Positions 1 through 14,238 of a stretch of 64,000 bases of DNA are shown here, one piece after another; the first letter of the stretch is position 1, and each line of letters starts with the position of its first letter. Location of the stretch: assembly GCA_038496445.1 (NCBI GenBank), contig JALMLS010000612.1:760998-824997 (forward strand), in the 5' to 3' direction. The notes under the pieces are model-generated. The model ran no database searches. It saw nothing but the letters and a program-made list of their open reading frames with translations, and had not been told where the DNA came from. Made by a program: the position numbers and the translations under genes. The DNA is from Trichosphaerium sp. ATCC 40318. Lineage: Eukaryota > Protista > Tubulinea.

Positions 1-1446
1 ACCATCTTTTTTATCTTCAACAACAACAATAGGTGGACGAGACAACTACACAATGCACAGTTAACCAAAATGTCAAAAGCAAATGAAAAAAAAAACACAA
101 CATTGCACATACTTTTTCAGCGTTGTTGCGTATCTTGCTTATCAACTGCATGGCAGCGGACTGATATGAGAAGGACTCATCTTTCTTTGGCTTAGGGAAT
201 TCAACCTTTCTACCACGGATAATCTCTGATTGACCAGCAAAACGTTGAAACTCATCCATCTTTGTTGGTTTTCTAGGCGTTCTAGCTTTTTTTCGTTTTC
301 GGGGTGTCTTTGACTTAGGTCCTTTTGTAGCATTCTGATGACGCTAATAGAGGGTAAGGACATATAATCGATTATAAAGATCCTTTGTAAAATACCTCAA
401 CAGCACCACCACTGGTTATATTGATTGCTGATAAAAATGGATCATCTTGAAAATCTTTTTCAACGATAACTGTTTTGCCTGTTTTTTTCTTCAACGCTGA
501 CACAGGCCCTTTATTTGTAGCAATTTGTTCGTTTTCCCATTTTCTACGCTGTAGTAGATAACGTCAATACATAGTCACAATAAAAGCGCGTAATCAAGCG
601 AGTTTTCTTCAAAACACAAAGAAGAAGAAAAATAAAAAAAACGTACTTGTTTTTCAAGCCATTCGTTATTGCCTTCCTCGTCATCTGATTCCTCACTGTC
701 GCTATCAATAATACCAAATTGCTTTAACTCTGCTAAGCGATTATTCGTCTCAGCAGCTGCTTGCTCTCGGCTACAAAGAAATAATTAGAACCATCTCATT
801 AGATACAATAAAAATCCCAAAAAGTTCTTACTATTCACGTTCTTTGCGTTGTTTACGCTCATCCATAGTTTCTCGTATAGCTACAAGTTCACTTTCATTT
901 TCTGGTAGTGGTACACCTAATTTACGCTTCTTTGCGCTCTGTTTTGGAGAAGAATCTTCTCGTTTACCTTTTGGAAAGTAAGCACGTTTTTTTTGTAACG
1001 TATTTGTCATTATGTTTGAAAGACTCTTTCGTAACTTACGTTTTACAGGTCCTGGTGCGTTTTTCTGGCTTGTTGATTCTTTTTCATCTTCTACCTACAG
1101 ATGTGTAAGTTTCAGACTGTAGAGGCGTATATAGGGCGTATTTCATACTTCGTCGTCTGAAAAGCTTATATCAACATCACTGGAAGCGGGACTCTGCACA
1201 TTTTCGTTTTGCGTCCTGTTTGTGGTCAAAACAGTCTCGTATAAGTATAACAGCTATAGCTGCGTATAATAGGAAAATGCGTACACGTCTTTGTTTACAA
1301 TTGATGTATCAAGTGACTGTGTTACTCTAGATAGCGTTACAACATATACAAAGCGAAAAGAAGTGATTGGCGTACTCAGGTAATCGCAAAGTGTCTGACC
1401 CTATCGCATCTATTGTTGCGATACTAGGAGACTCTATGGAAGTCAT
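1..1446 (-). CDS. Multi-exon hypothetical protein, charged/low-complexity, 3' end runs off the left edge
   Basis: ATG at 1446 (MTSIESPSIATID). Spliced exons give RLAELKQFGIIDSDSEESDDEE and MDEFQRFAGQSEIIRGRKVEF with GT-AG junctions. No family recognised. Confidence 0.5.
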
Positions 1447-1638
1447 AACTTGAGGGTTTATAGTTTGAATTTTAACCGCAAGTTTTAGGCGCCGATTTAA
1501 AAAAGTTTAAATATTGGTTTGTCAACGCCAGTATGCAGTGAACAAAACGCACCACGTTACTCAAGGTTAACAGCAATGCTCTTGTAAAGCGTAATGGTAT
1601 GTTTTTATTAAATTGTAGTTTGAAATAAGTAAACGGTT

Positions 1639-2518
1639 TTATTCTACTTGTACGTCTACAACGTCTTTTTCGGCCATGAGAGGTACGTAAACTCTCAAAA
1701 CACCCTCATTGTACTTTGCAGAAATATCTGTTACATCAGCATCCTTTGGTAGAACAGTAGATTGGAAGAACTCTCCAGTGTAACGCTCTTTTCTAAGTAC
1801 GTGAGATTCTTCTTCTTCATCTTCTTCAAGATCATTTGCGCGTGCGCCACGAATTACTAGAGTGCCTTCGTCTTGTACAGTAATCTTTATATCCTCCTTA
1901 GCAACGCCAGGAACTAGAAAAAACGTTAAGAAAAAAAACCAACGCGAGAAATTTTTTTGTAGATGATCAATAAACGAGCTGCAAACGCGTATGAGATTTT
2001 ATGAGCGTCGGCAGTCTTTTTTGAAAGAAAATAACGTACGATCTACGGTTACTCTAAATTCGTCCTCAGTGAGTGAAATATCCATTGGTGGTTCATGCTC
2101 CATTGGACGCTTACATAATCATGAGTTTTGCCGTTTGCAACAAAAACAAAAATGTCAATGTTGCGTACTTGTGGGGTAAGATCAGGGTAGTCGTATGGGT
2201 ATTCGGCGTCTTCCATCCAGTATGGTAATTCGGGTTCGTATTGTGGTGCTGGCATTGGGTTGTAGCGTGGCCTGTTTTGGTACAAGGCTCTTGGTTGTCT
2301 TCGTAGTCTATTGCCTACTATGTGAGCGTTAAAACAAACCGTTTAATGTCCACCAGTGAAAAACGAACCAGGAATATCGTCTCTGGTCACACCGCTCGTA
2401 TGAATGTATTTAGAGGCCACTTTTGATGCCTACAAATGTATTACTGTCTTTATGTCTTATTTCTGCTTACCTTTGTGGCTGTAGTATATGTAGTACGTAA
2501 AGCGAAGCGTGAGAGCAT
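1639..2518 (-). CDS. Small heat-shock protein (HSP20/alpha-crystallin domain) with probable mitochondrial presequence
   Basis: N-terminus MLSRFALRTTYTTATK. Domain reads PMDISLTEDEFRVTVD-VPGVAKEDIKITV...ERYTGEFFQSTVLPKDADVTDISAKYNEGVLRVYVP. Confidence 0.88.
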
Positions 2519-2906
2519 ATTTTCTCGGGTTTCTTAGCGAATAAAAGCAATTTGTAGCTTAAAACTAGTAAGTCACCACTAATTGGCGTAACCACTTCAT
2601 CATAACCGCGTCAGTGCGCTACTTTTGCTTACTTCACGACAAAAGGACGCTAAAAGAGGCACATCTCAGCCAAGTGAGCTCACTTCGCCTAGTACATCAG
2701 CACTGTAGAAATTCTCGCCGTTACTGCCATTCACTGGCGCTGTTGTCATAGGGAGTGACACGTGAAGGACAAGTATTTTGACGTGGTTCAGTTTTTTCAT
2801 TATAATGTAATCAAAGGTCACAGTTTCATTGTACAATTGTTATTGTTTATGGTTTTGGAGTACAATCAAGCTCTGATTTGTGTATTTTCTTTTATACGGT
2901 GAACAA

Positions 2907-5900
2907 TCAGTTTGCAGTTGACGTAGCTTGAGCCTTGCGATGATCTTGTAGTGTAAATGGAAAGACTACTTTGCGAAGTGATGGCACACAGAAAATAACA
3001 ACAACTATTATTATCGCTGCTAAAATAACCACAGCAACAACAATACCAATGATGACACCCAACGAACTATCATCACCATCGTCATCAGTATCTTGTGGCG
3101 TGCAATCCCCGGCTTTAATTGAAAAAACACCAGCTAATATCAAGTCAACACGTGACAGTTTCTAAGGAAAGGACACTCACGGAAGGTTTGTTTCTTCAAA
3201 GAACATTGGTTCACAAAAATACCACTTTCTGACAGTGATGGAGTACCAGTTATCTCACAATCAGTAGTAGAAGCAATTTTAAGGACTTCACCTTTTGTGT
3301 TGCCGTCAATACCATCAATAAGAATAGTTCCATTAATAAATACGCATCCTGATACAGTAATAGTTGTAAAGACTGGCACTTTAAGAACAGAGTTGGGTTC
3401 CATTGTAAAGTTGCCTATTGCGGTCTTAGTGATGAACAAGTAATTATGATACTAACCTAGGATCTCTACATCTCCTGGTATGAAAAGAGAGGTGCTAACA
3501 ACAACACTTTGAGGTATTTGTACAGGCAGTTGTCTACACATAGGTCTATTCGAACCACTGAAAAAACCAGTGCAATTACAAAGGTAATTATAATCCAAGG
3601 TTGTGGTACAATCATTATCACAATGTGGTTGTCTCGAGTCTGGACACCAAAAGTAATTATCAGAAACGTCTCTATAATAAGTAATATTAAATAATGACTA
3701 CTAGTATTAGATCACGCACACAGTGTTCGACACTGCACCTGCAGGTAACTGCCCATATAAGTTATTGTGTGAAATATCTCTAAAAGATAATCAGCTATAT
3801 TAATGCAGATAAGGTTACATTAATCGTTGCATAGGTTCTCTAATGTCGGCCAAATGACATGTGAAGTTGTTGTTAGATAGGTTAAGGAGTGTAATACTGT
3901 CATCTGATAACAGGCCGGTTGGAATGCATCCTGATAACTCATTATGACTTACGTCACTATAATTTATTAATATCTCAAATAGTGATAAGAAGTACGCACA
4001 GAGCCTCAAGAGTTTGTGTCGGATTTGGTAGCGATCCATAAAATTTGTTGTTTCCCAGGTTGCTTTTTTTCTGGTTAGTTGTATTTGAAGAAAACTGTAA
4101 GTACTTACATCTTGGTTGCGCGAATCCATGTTTGAATTTCGATAATGTCATCACTGAATTGATTACCATTTAGGTTACTACAGCGGTATTCAATACAATA
4201 GATTAAACACTGAGATAATCGTACACTTCTGTATACACAGAAAGAAAGGGTTTGAGAGTACCATGTAAAGAATTACCAGAAAGATCTCTAAACGATGAAG
4301 TGTTATACACAAAGAATGAAATGACTAATACCGTACATTCTATGCGGAGCAGACAGAAGAGTGACATTAGGGAGAGTTCCAGTCAAGTTATTATTTGAGA
4401 GATTTCTAATAATAGGTCAACGTGGTATGTTATTTTCTTGTCCTTGTACATGGTTCCGGGCAGAGATAAAACCCATTCTGGAATTTCACCACTCAAATTG
4501 TTTCCTGATAGGTCTCTACAATGATGTTAGTATTTAGTGCAGAAAGTACGTTGTGGTACAGATTTCTAAATGTGTTATTAAGAGCGGCTGGTATAGAACC
4601 TGTGAGACTTGCGTTTGGGAGAGATCTGAATTTAATTTAATAAATAGTTAAAGATGATTGAATGCAACCAACGTACACAGTTTCTAGTTTTCGATTTAGA
4701 AAGTTGGCAGGAATTTCATCAATTTGTTGCTGTAAGCTCCTAAACAAACAAAAAAATTAGATTCTGTACATAACCAACTATCGCACAGTTGGGTCAACGA
4801 GAGAAAGTAACTTGCAATTTTGGACAAGTTAGCTTTGACGCCAGTATTTTTTAGATTCCTACTCAGTTGGTGAGGTAAGAAAAATCACGTGTACCTTACA
4901 GCACAGTTATATTGTTAAAGTAAAAGTCATCAGGTAATTCCCCCGATAAACGGTGAGAGCCTTCCAATTCACTCAATGGAACATTAGCTAATTAACAGGT
5001 TTCTTTTACCCCTTACAGTTGCCTCAAACTTCCTGGGAGCATAGGTATATCGCCATACATTTGTGTGTGGGGTAGTGCACTAATGTATTAGTATGTTAGT
5101 ATCATAGTATCTACCTGCGCTGGCGTACATTCTATTGAGATTGAGGAAACGAATATTAGAGAATAGCTCAGTAAAATTACCAGTTACTGAAGAGCTTATC
5201 TCGCTAAGACACCTGTGAATAATATTTCTGACAAAGATTCTTTGTACAACGTAACCAAGTTTGAAGGTACTGATTGCAAAAAAAAACTACTGGAGAGTAT
5301 ACCTCCGTGTACAGCTTTAATAACACTAAGTGATATGTTAATTGTACCTGCACTTTACAGCATAGACCGTACAGTGTTTTTAGAGTAGGCATTTTGCCAA
5401 GACAATCAGGCAAGTCGCCACTTGCTCCATTGTTTTCTACCAATGAGCTGTTCGAGTAATAAATAAAGTAAGGTTAAAGTTAGTGTCATCGTACAGTTCT
5501 TCAAGAACACTCATCTCACATATACTTGACGGTATTTCTCCTTCTAGAAGCGTTTTGTATGCGCGGCTGGAAAATAGTGAGAACGAAACGATAACAAAAA
5601 TAGTACATTATCGTTAAACGTTGAAAGTTGGATACGGTGTGAAGTGTCCAGTTTATTTTTTGATCTCTAATATCCCTAGAATGTAATTAAGATACCTATT
5701 ATGACATCGAAGTTATTGTACAATACTACCAAGCTGTTGTTCAATTCTGCGATTGAGTCTGGCAGCTTTCCCTTATAGTTCCCAGCTGCCAATGTACTAA
5801 ATATTAAAAATAAATAACGAAACTGACAACTGGTTGTACATGTTGGTTACCATGTCGTTTCCGTCGCATTCTACACCGGCCACTTGACATACCTGGGTAT

Positions 5901-6046
5901 TGTGAGCATTTATTACTATTCCATTTACGCACGTGCGAAGCAAAGCCAACACTATCTTTAAACGTTTGTAAGAAGTCTCCACTAAAATCTGACACGCATT
6001 GCGATACTACAGCAAGCAGTATTGTACAAACCAAACAGAGTTTCAT
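2907..6046 (-). CDS. LRR receptor-like type I membrane protein, roughly one LRR per exon
   Basis: Signal peptide MKLCLVCTILLAVVSQC, an N-cap (GVECDGNDMVT), and plant-type LRRs (DVSHNELSGCIP, NLSNNNLTGTLP, DLSGNSLHGTL). C-terminal TM LGVIIGIVVAVVILAAIIIVVVIFC with a short tail and no kinase domain. Confidence 0.85.
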
Positions 6047-6908
6047 TTTTAGCTTTATCTAAATCCCGTTACGCCGGTGATGCTTGTTAGATGAATGTTG
6101 GTTCATGAGGGTAGAGAATCTTCTTGATTTTTCAACTAAACAATTACGATTGTGGTACTTTTCTTTAAATTGACGGTAACAGGATACACTAGCCTAATAC
6201 CCTCTTCAATGTTCAATTTATGTGAAATCTAACTATTGTGCTTGGAACTTCAATATTTTTGTTCGCAACTGCGTAGCACGTTGGCTTTAAAAAAAACCTC
6301 AGCAGATTTCAGCTAATATTTTCAAAACGTGTGTAGCAAAACAATTGCAAGTTGCATTTTGGATGGTATTCGCTAAATGTACTCACAAGACAAAGTTATA
6401 TCAGAGCATAATTCTACAAACTATCACGTGTAGAATAAGCCATTACCTAAAAATACTGTTGTTCAGCTTAAAATATTGCCATGTTTAGCCATGCGTAAAC
6501 CAATGACTTTTCAAGCGTTTGAAAATGCTGGGATATGCACATATATATACCTGTTGCACGAACACTATGCTCTATTTAAGAATCAAACCGTGGCAGCCAT
6601 GTCAAAAGAAGACCAAAAACCGATTGACACAAACTAAGTTGTTAGAAATAGCCTACTTCTATTGACACCAACAACAACAATTAAAAGTTGCGATTGTATA
6701 GCTAGTCACGTGAAACGACGATTGGCATTTTATGGAAATGAAGCAAACTAGGTTAAAATTAGAAAAGCCTTGACTTGGACCTAAACACTCTATTAGCTTC
6801 AAAAATAACTAAAAAGTGATGGCAACCACTAAACCTACTACAAAATCGTTTGGCAAGTATGATAAAGTCCGTGTCGGGTTTTTATGTGCTTCACACAAGC
6901 TAGAGCAC

Positions 6909-8285
6909 ATGAAGACAATGTTGGCCGTTTTCAAGGAAGCCTTAGACTTGTAAGTCCCGAATTCACGAGAACACTCTTTTTTGAGCTTAAACGGCATTAA
7001 GTGATCTAAAATACATACACAGCAGCGACTATATCGTTTTAACGCCATTTTAGGACATACGAGTATTCTTTGATCAAAAAAGCTGACTTGAGCGACTATT
7101 TATTCAAGAACACTACTCCTACAACCCTTACAGTACTCTTTGTAAAACTACGCAAAGAACTATCACTCCTACCAACCGATAGTGACCAGGTACGCATTAT
7201 TAGCCTCATACCACTCCACGCCAAAAGGAAGATCAATTAGAATTTAGTTGTGGATTTAATATCCAATTTTGCTTCTTATTACTAACAACACAACAAGGCG
7301 CACGCATATGCTAAGCAGCTCATGACACTCGTAGAAAAAGCGGAGCAAACAGAGAACATCATTGTACTCGACCCTGTAGTGCCTCAAAAAACGTTAACGG
7401 ATCGTGCAGCATGCCTAGCGTTTATAGAGAAAATTACAGAAGCAGTAAACTCAGTACAAGCGTACAAAGGTAACAACATTCAGAAAATTTCAATTCAAAA
7501 AAAAAGATTGAACTCTTTAACGTCTCATTCTGACTTTACGTATTAGATAATCCGCCATTGGAGGCTCCTGCGTCTGGTGTACTAAGGTCTAAAGAGGAAA
7601 AACTCCCAAAAGATGTTTCCTTGCCTATTGTAGTAAAACCTCTATTCGCTGAGGATCATCAATGTGGTGTTTTATTCGAAGAAAAAGAAGTATTAACGAT
7701 AGGTGAAAAATGGAATTATCCTGTTGTTGTACAAAGTTATGTACCTCATGATTCATTTTTAATTAAATTGACATATATTGGTGGTAAATGTCAGACTGCT
7801 TTCCGTGGTTCTATACCTCTTTTTAGAGAAGATACAAAATCGCCAGCAAAAGGTGATGAAATGTTCACGTTTTTAACGAAAGAATACTGTAAGAGATCAC
7901 TAACGGAGGTACCAACATGCTCATATTTCTTGCAATTTTTTTTTTGCACGTGCATGTGATTCATGGTGGATTTCTGTAGGAGGAAAAAGTTGGTAAATTG
8001 GGTATTGGTCCTGAGTTAATGCAAACCATTGCAGATATGACTCGAAAAGTTACAAACTGTGCTTTGGTTGGTCTTGACTTGATTTTAAATAAAGATACTG
8101 GAAAATGGGTTATAATCGATGTAAATCACTTCCCTAGCTATGTTGGTGCGTCAAATACAACTCTTTATTTACACCAAGCGTCATTACCATAATATTAATA
8201 AATGAAATTAGGAGCTAATACAGAGATGGTTTCTAAATCATTTGTGACACTCGTTGAAGAAAGCTTGGCAAAATTCAAACAGTAA
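6909..8285 (+). CDS. ITPK1: Inositol-tetrakisphosphate 1-kinase (ATP-grasp)
   Basis: Motifs VLDP...LTDR, PIVVKP, VVQSYVPHDSFLIKLTYIG and LVGLDLI...IIDVNHFPSY. Start codon uncertain. Confidence 0.8.
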
Positions 8286-8471
8286 AACACAAAATTTATT
8301 TGAAATCATCTTCGCTGTATCACTACAGAACAAATATTGTACTTAGACCTCTCAGGTAAATATGTACCATTTTCGTATTCGCTGATGATTGCTTGAAATG
8401 CACTATTGGCTTCAAGATATTGTACAAATGGTTTTAATAAGAACTGTATTAAGAATGATTTAAATGTTGAA

Positions 8472-9781
8472 CTAATTCCTATTGATTTTCTTTTTGTACA
8501 CGAGTTGAGGTTTATACTCTCCATATATCATTTTCTTTATTGTCCATCGTTCTCTCGGATGACCTAGAGCATGTTGAATGTATCTATAAAAACTTAGCCC
8601 AATAACGACATGCAGATCAATGTTTACCTAATGCCTTTAATTGTGACATCCTTATCAAAATGGCTGTGTCCGAAAATATGAACTTTCGGGTTGATAGTCC
8701 GTATCTGTGTCTCTAATCCAGGTGTGCCAACAACCTATACAATGCAAGAAGTTAGAACTTACATCTTTAAAGCTATCATGAACTACCAGAGGAAGAGTTT
8801 TATTTGGAAGCCAAAATGTTGCTGGTATTAAGTCTCGTCGAGGCAAGAAATGACTGAAAGTTATGACATCCTTTCCAGGATAAGCTTTAACGTGTTCTAA
8901 AGCACAAAATCAAACACACTATTTCTAGCATAGTACAACAGAACAAGACGTATAAAAACTGTCAATCAAGGAAGGTTACCTTCATTCAAATCCAAAAAAT
9001 AATCAGCAGGTGCATCTGGATCACGATCAATATCCAACTCCTCAGGCCAAACTACGCGTCTGAAACAGCTATTAATGCTAACAAAACTTGTATAAGCTTT
9101 CTGTAAATCAGTACCTAAAGTCAAGCCAGCGGCGCTGCAATGTAAGTTAGGTTGAGAAGAAAAAAAGCAGGTGACGAACTCTGAACGATGTGTCTCCTTT
9201 CCAAGTTTTATCAAGTGAAGGAGTATGCCATGCTATAAAACGACCTTGGTTAGCTTTTATCACGTGCTTGACTAAACAAGGAAGGTACTACCGAACAATG
9301 GTACAATGACAACACCATTGAATTCTTTTGGAGAGGTGTATACATCCAACTCATCGCACAGTTTAAGAACTGCTTCAAATTTTTCAACTGAGTTTGAAAA
9401 CTGGCTTCTGCGCTTTCGCAATCGGAGCTCATTGTTCCCTGGAACAAAGAATAGGTTGCTACAGTACGATTTAAGCATAGTCAGGGTTTCTGAGTTCTGT
9501 TGTTAGCTCGTACAATAAAACTAATGATCACGTACCTTCTATAACGTCCATATGACTAGAAATGTCTCCAGCGAGTATTAAAACCTAATTTTACAGATAA
9601 GACAATGATAAAAACAGACCAAAAGCCAATACGTCATCAGGGCGAAAATTAAAGCTGCTCATCGCGTTTATGATGTTATAGTTATCTTCCTCGTCAGTGT
9701 GAATATCTGTTTACAGTTAAACTAGCCAACATAGACTCTAGGTTTACCTGATATTGAAAAAACTCGCTGAGACGAAGCCAT
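8472..9781 (-). CDS. Calcineurin-like metallophosphoesterase
   Basis: Spliced motifs SDIH, LAGDIS, FVPGNNE, TFSHFLPR and HIFGHSH. Confidence 0.85.
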
Positions 9782-9980
9782 GGCTACTGTAGTACTCAGG
9801 TTGAGTATAAATTCGTGTTTTCAGTGAATCGAAGTAAACAATGGTTCAAATAACGCCTCTTTGCTAATGATTGCTGCAGGAGTACATGTTATCAATGGAC
9901 ATCCATATTAATAACTAATGACGTTGAATAAAGCGACTAGTATTTTGATTTTGTACAATTTTGAAAAAGTTGTTCTTTTG

Positions 9981-11628
9981 TTATTGTTCCATTTCTTCAA
10001 CTTCTTTTTTCTTTGGTTCTGGAGGTAGCACTGATTGTTCTTCCATTTTTTTAATTTGTTCTTCTGTAAGTTTACCTGCTTTTATTGCCTTGTCATAAGC
10101 TGTCTTGTGTTTCTTTGATGCGCAGTGTGCAACGAACCTTTAGATTTTGATTTGTTAGGTTACTACTTTTTCAAGGCTTGTGTTGGCGTACGTTTTAGCA
10201 GTTTTGAATTTCTTACGGCAACTGTAACAGTGTACAAATGCTGCCTTTTTAGATGCAGTCTTATTTGATCCAGATTTTTGTTGTTTTTTTTGTTGTTGCT
10301 CCTTCTTCTTGGTAGCTTTTTTATCTTTTTCTTCGTTGTAGCTCTGTAATGTTGCCTATAAAATAATCACGTGAGTACGTCTAGAACGTCGAAACAGGCT
10401 GTCAACAAAGACAACTAGAGGTTTTGTGTGTTATGCTAAGGAGGGTTGTGTGAAAAAATGTAGCAACGCAGTTATGTGTCATAAAAAAAATTTACTTGAA
10501 ATGCCTGTGTACCTCCATTTGTTCCTCAAGTTGTCTCTGAAATTCTTCATCCTCAGCATCTCCATAAACACCTTCTATCTCCTCAACAAGCTCTTCACCT
10601 TTTTCTTTTAGCTCTTCTTCAAAAGCACGTTGTGCTTCCTCTTGTTGTTTCTTAATTTCTTGGATACGTTTTTCTTGTTGCTGTTTCTTTTTTTTAGTGC
10701 TTTGAAGTTTTGACACCAACCCACCTTAACAACATGTCAACCCCCTTGTTTGCTATTAAAATGCAGTACGTTTTGAAGCTTCTTGGTTGAGACCTCTTTC
10801 ATACGCTTGGTACGCATTAGTGGTCTTGTAAACACTCCACAACCAGTAAACACCGCCAGCCTATTATATTTTTAATCAAATAAATACTAGTGAATTGCAA
10901 ACAAAGTAGTTGTTCTGACGTACCCCAAATAAGCCTGCTACAGTTACAGATAGTACAGTACGAACTACATCAAGTTAAAACAACATTTCCGTTAAATACA
11001 AAGAGCGTGTGAAGCAGAAAATTCAGCAAAATAATTCAAAACTGTAAAAAAAAATTGGTACAATACCTAGCTTAGACAGTTCGCTTTCAGGCTCAGGTGG
11101 CGGAGCATCGCGTTTTTCCTGCTCTTCGAAGCGTTCTTCGTCTCTGGCTTTTTTCTTCATTTGGTCCATTGCTATTGTGACACGTCATTATAAGACGTAC
11201 AAAGAATACCTAGAAGGGCACAGGGAACGTACCATCTTCGTGTTCGTAGCTCTCTTCGTTGTACTCAGTTGTACCATATTGTAGCAAGCGCTCATAGCGC
11301 TCTCGCTTTTTAGGAGTGCTTAATACGTCATAAACTGTAAAAGTCAGTCTTTTTTTTGTACAAACAAATTAAAATACGCACTAAATGACAAGCGAGTGAA
11401 TTTTGCTTGTACTTCTGGGTCTGTTTTGAAGTTTTCGTTTTTATCTGGGTGATAGGCTACAATCTTTTTGAAAAACACCTTTTTGATGGCCTTGGTTGTA
11501 GCGTTCTGTTCTACGCCCAATTCATCAAAGTAATTAAGCTTTCGCTTTTTCTTCTTTTTTTTCGCTTGTACAGTGCAAAATAATACTAAAGCGATCACCA
11601 AGAGCGCAATGGCTACCTTTGTGCTCAT
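9981..11628 (-). CDS. Signal peptide + DnaJ domain + TM helix + coiled coil + C2H2 (U1/JAZ-like) zinc finger protein
   Basis: J domain with HPD (YHPDKN), TM VLSVTVAGLFG-AGGVYWLWSVY, and finger HCYSCRKKFKTAKTFVAHCASKKH. Exons join through GT-AG introns. Confidence 0.75.
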
Positions 11629-11945
11629 GTTGACACCAATTCACTCTTTTAAGTTTTGGTCAAACTTGTAAGTTGGATGTTGTGGCTTAGAACATTAGTA
11701 AACGCGAAATGCGCTCGTAATTCTACAGTAGGTGGTTCACACTGAACTTTACAGGCACGTTTATCAAAATCGTTTCAGGCACATCAATGAAAACGGAATT
11801 AGATGTCTCCATAATCTGCAAACAATCTCAAGACATCAGCCATAATGGTTTTTGTTTCTGGCGCGTTTATGTAAAAGTGTAAGGCGCGAAATTTGACTGT
11901 AACTTGACATTTTACAAAAACACAAAAGTTGTACTTGGAATTAAG

Positions 11946-14004
11946 ATGCAGAAGCTACCGCAACCATTACGCACAGAATTAAATGGCTCTATTCACGGCA
12001 TTACAAAAGAGCAGGCAAGACTCATTGTTGAGGAAAACGCTCTAAGGCGTAGAATGGCTTCTGGAGAGAACGTTAGAGAATCTGATATGCTTGTTGATGT
12101 GTTTGACAACGTGCCTCTACTTATTCGTCAACAACGCACTGTTGCCGAACAACAGATACCTTACCTGCTCACACAAGCTTGTAAAAACAATTATAACTGT
12201 TCAACAATTGTTTCGCATCAAGAATTTTTACAACGCTGGAACACCTTCACAAATGGTACGTAGCATTGTAAATACTATATCCACGGCGTTAGTACCTCGC
12301 TATAAAATTCTTAGAAGCTGTTTAACCCACTTTTAGGTTTACTTGACGGACTAAACTGGGACGGTCTCTTCCTAGCTGGTGGATCTATTCTCGCGTGTCT
12401 TTCTCAAGATACGGATTTGGGTAACATTACATGAAGCTTTTTTCGCCAGCTATTCACTCATGTATTGCTTAGCTGACTTTAAACGAAATGACATTGACAT
12501 TTTCTTTGTTGGACATGGAAGAGAAAATTATCAAGGTAAAACCCTTTCAAACTCTTTAACCAAATACTTATTTTACTTCTAGAGCAATGTGACGCAAAAT
12601 TGAACCATATACTAAGCGTTATATCAGCTAACTCGAACACGCAAGGGAGATTGGGTACAGTATACATGATTTTATTGTATCTAACTCAGAATCAGTGTGT
12701 ACAAACAGAGCTATTACAATTCCAAACGTCAAGGAACATAGGCCAGTACAAGTAGTATTAAGATTATTCCAGTCGCCGTTGGATGTACTACTAAGCTTTG
12801 ATGTTGATGCTGGATGTGTTGGTTTTGATGGGGAGAAAGTATGGGCTACAAAACGATGGATAAGGTACTACAAGGTTCAAAGTAAAGCGTGTTAACACCT
12901 TAATAGGGCCATGACAAAAGGCTACAACTTATACATGCCATCTGAGTTAACCATACCAGCACGATATGAATACAGACTCTTCAAATATAGTAAGAGAGGC
13001 TTTGCTGTACGTCCAGTACTTGAAAGAAAAAATTTATCTTACGTTGTACTAGACTGCTGTTCCTCGTTTTGATCCATCTCTTGTTCATCAAGACGTTTGG
13101 GATCGTAAACTAAGAGAAGTTGAGGTGTGGAATCCGAACTGAAAATAGTACTAACTTGAGTTAAGGGCGTCAACAAGCTTGTTCTTTGGGATGTTATTGC
13201 AAAGAGCCCTTGCAGACATTATGTTGTCAATAGATGTGATGATATTGATTTATGCCTGAAGGGAGGAAAGATGTATTGCACTCACTGCAAAAAGCATATA
13301 GATGCTTCAGAAGTTGCAGATAGGCCAGATGTTATTGAGCGCTTTTCTAAGCCTTTACCTTGGATGTCAGAGAATACAGTTTACCAAGACTACGAGAAAG
13401 GAAAGTTTAAAAGGTATGTAGTATTGTAGGCTCAAAGAGACTCTGGAGCCATTGCACTGAAGCTATTAACACCTGGTTTAGAATTTTGAACAGCGCTCCT
13501 ATTGACTTGAACGAGGATTGGTCCCATGGAGTGTACACAGCGCCAAATAGATTTGAGAACCTTGGTAAACACAAGGAACCTGAAGAGGATGAAGAACCTG
13601 CAAAAGAAAATCCACTGTTGTCTACAAAGCGAGGATATACTCGAGACGAGATACGTGATAGAGAGGATGCAATATTAAAAGCTAGAGATGATTTCAGTGA
13701 GCGTATTCGGTTGAGGAAAATACAAGAAGCTGAAGAAATTAAAAAAGCTGGTATTCCACCTTATGTTGCTATGCAAATGAAGAATTGTTTGGCAAAGATT
13801 GAGTTGTGCTACAACTCCAATTATCTAACACAAGATTTACGGTAAGAATGTTCAGTTGAAGAGAATGTCATCTAATTTTGGGGTTTTTTTAGAGAACAAT
13901 TTACAGAAAGAGTGCAACGTGCTGATGCGTCCCTACTTGATATGTCGTTCCTACCAGACGACGTAGATGAGATATGCCAGTATTTGCAAGCATCTCTAGA
14001 ATGA
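11946..14004 (+). CDS. Uncharacterised protein with a pol-beta-type nucleotidyltransferase-like motif
   Basis: FLAGGSILACL...NDIDIFF, VQVVLRLFQSPLDVLLSFDVDAGCVGFDG and RYEYRLFKYSKRGF. Confidence 0.65.
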
Positions 14005-14238
14005 GGACATGATGGTAGTATTCAGTAGTTAACGTTCCGGACAAAAAGATCAAAACGTGTAAAATAAAATAATTTTCTGTAGATCAAAAAACAGAGAAGT
14101 TGCTTCTGTGGTTACAATATCACGTGGTTGTAAAAAAGGCGAAAAAAGGGAACAAATAGCTACTCTATAATAACGGGCTCACAGTTTCAAAATAAGAAAA
14201 AAGCGGAGTCTATTTAGAGTCAATCATTGTGTCACAAC

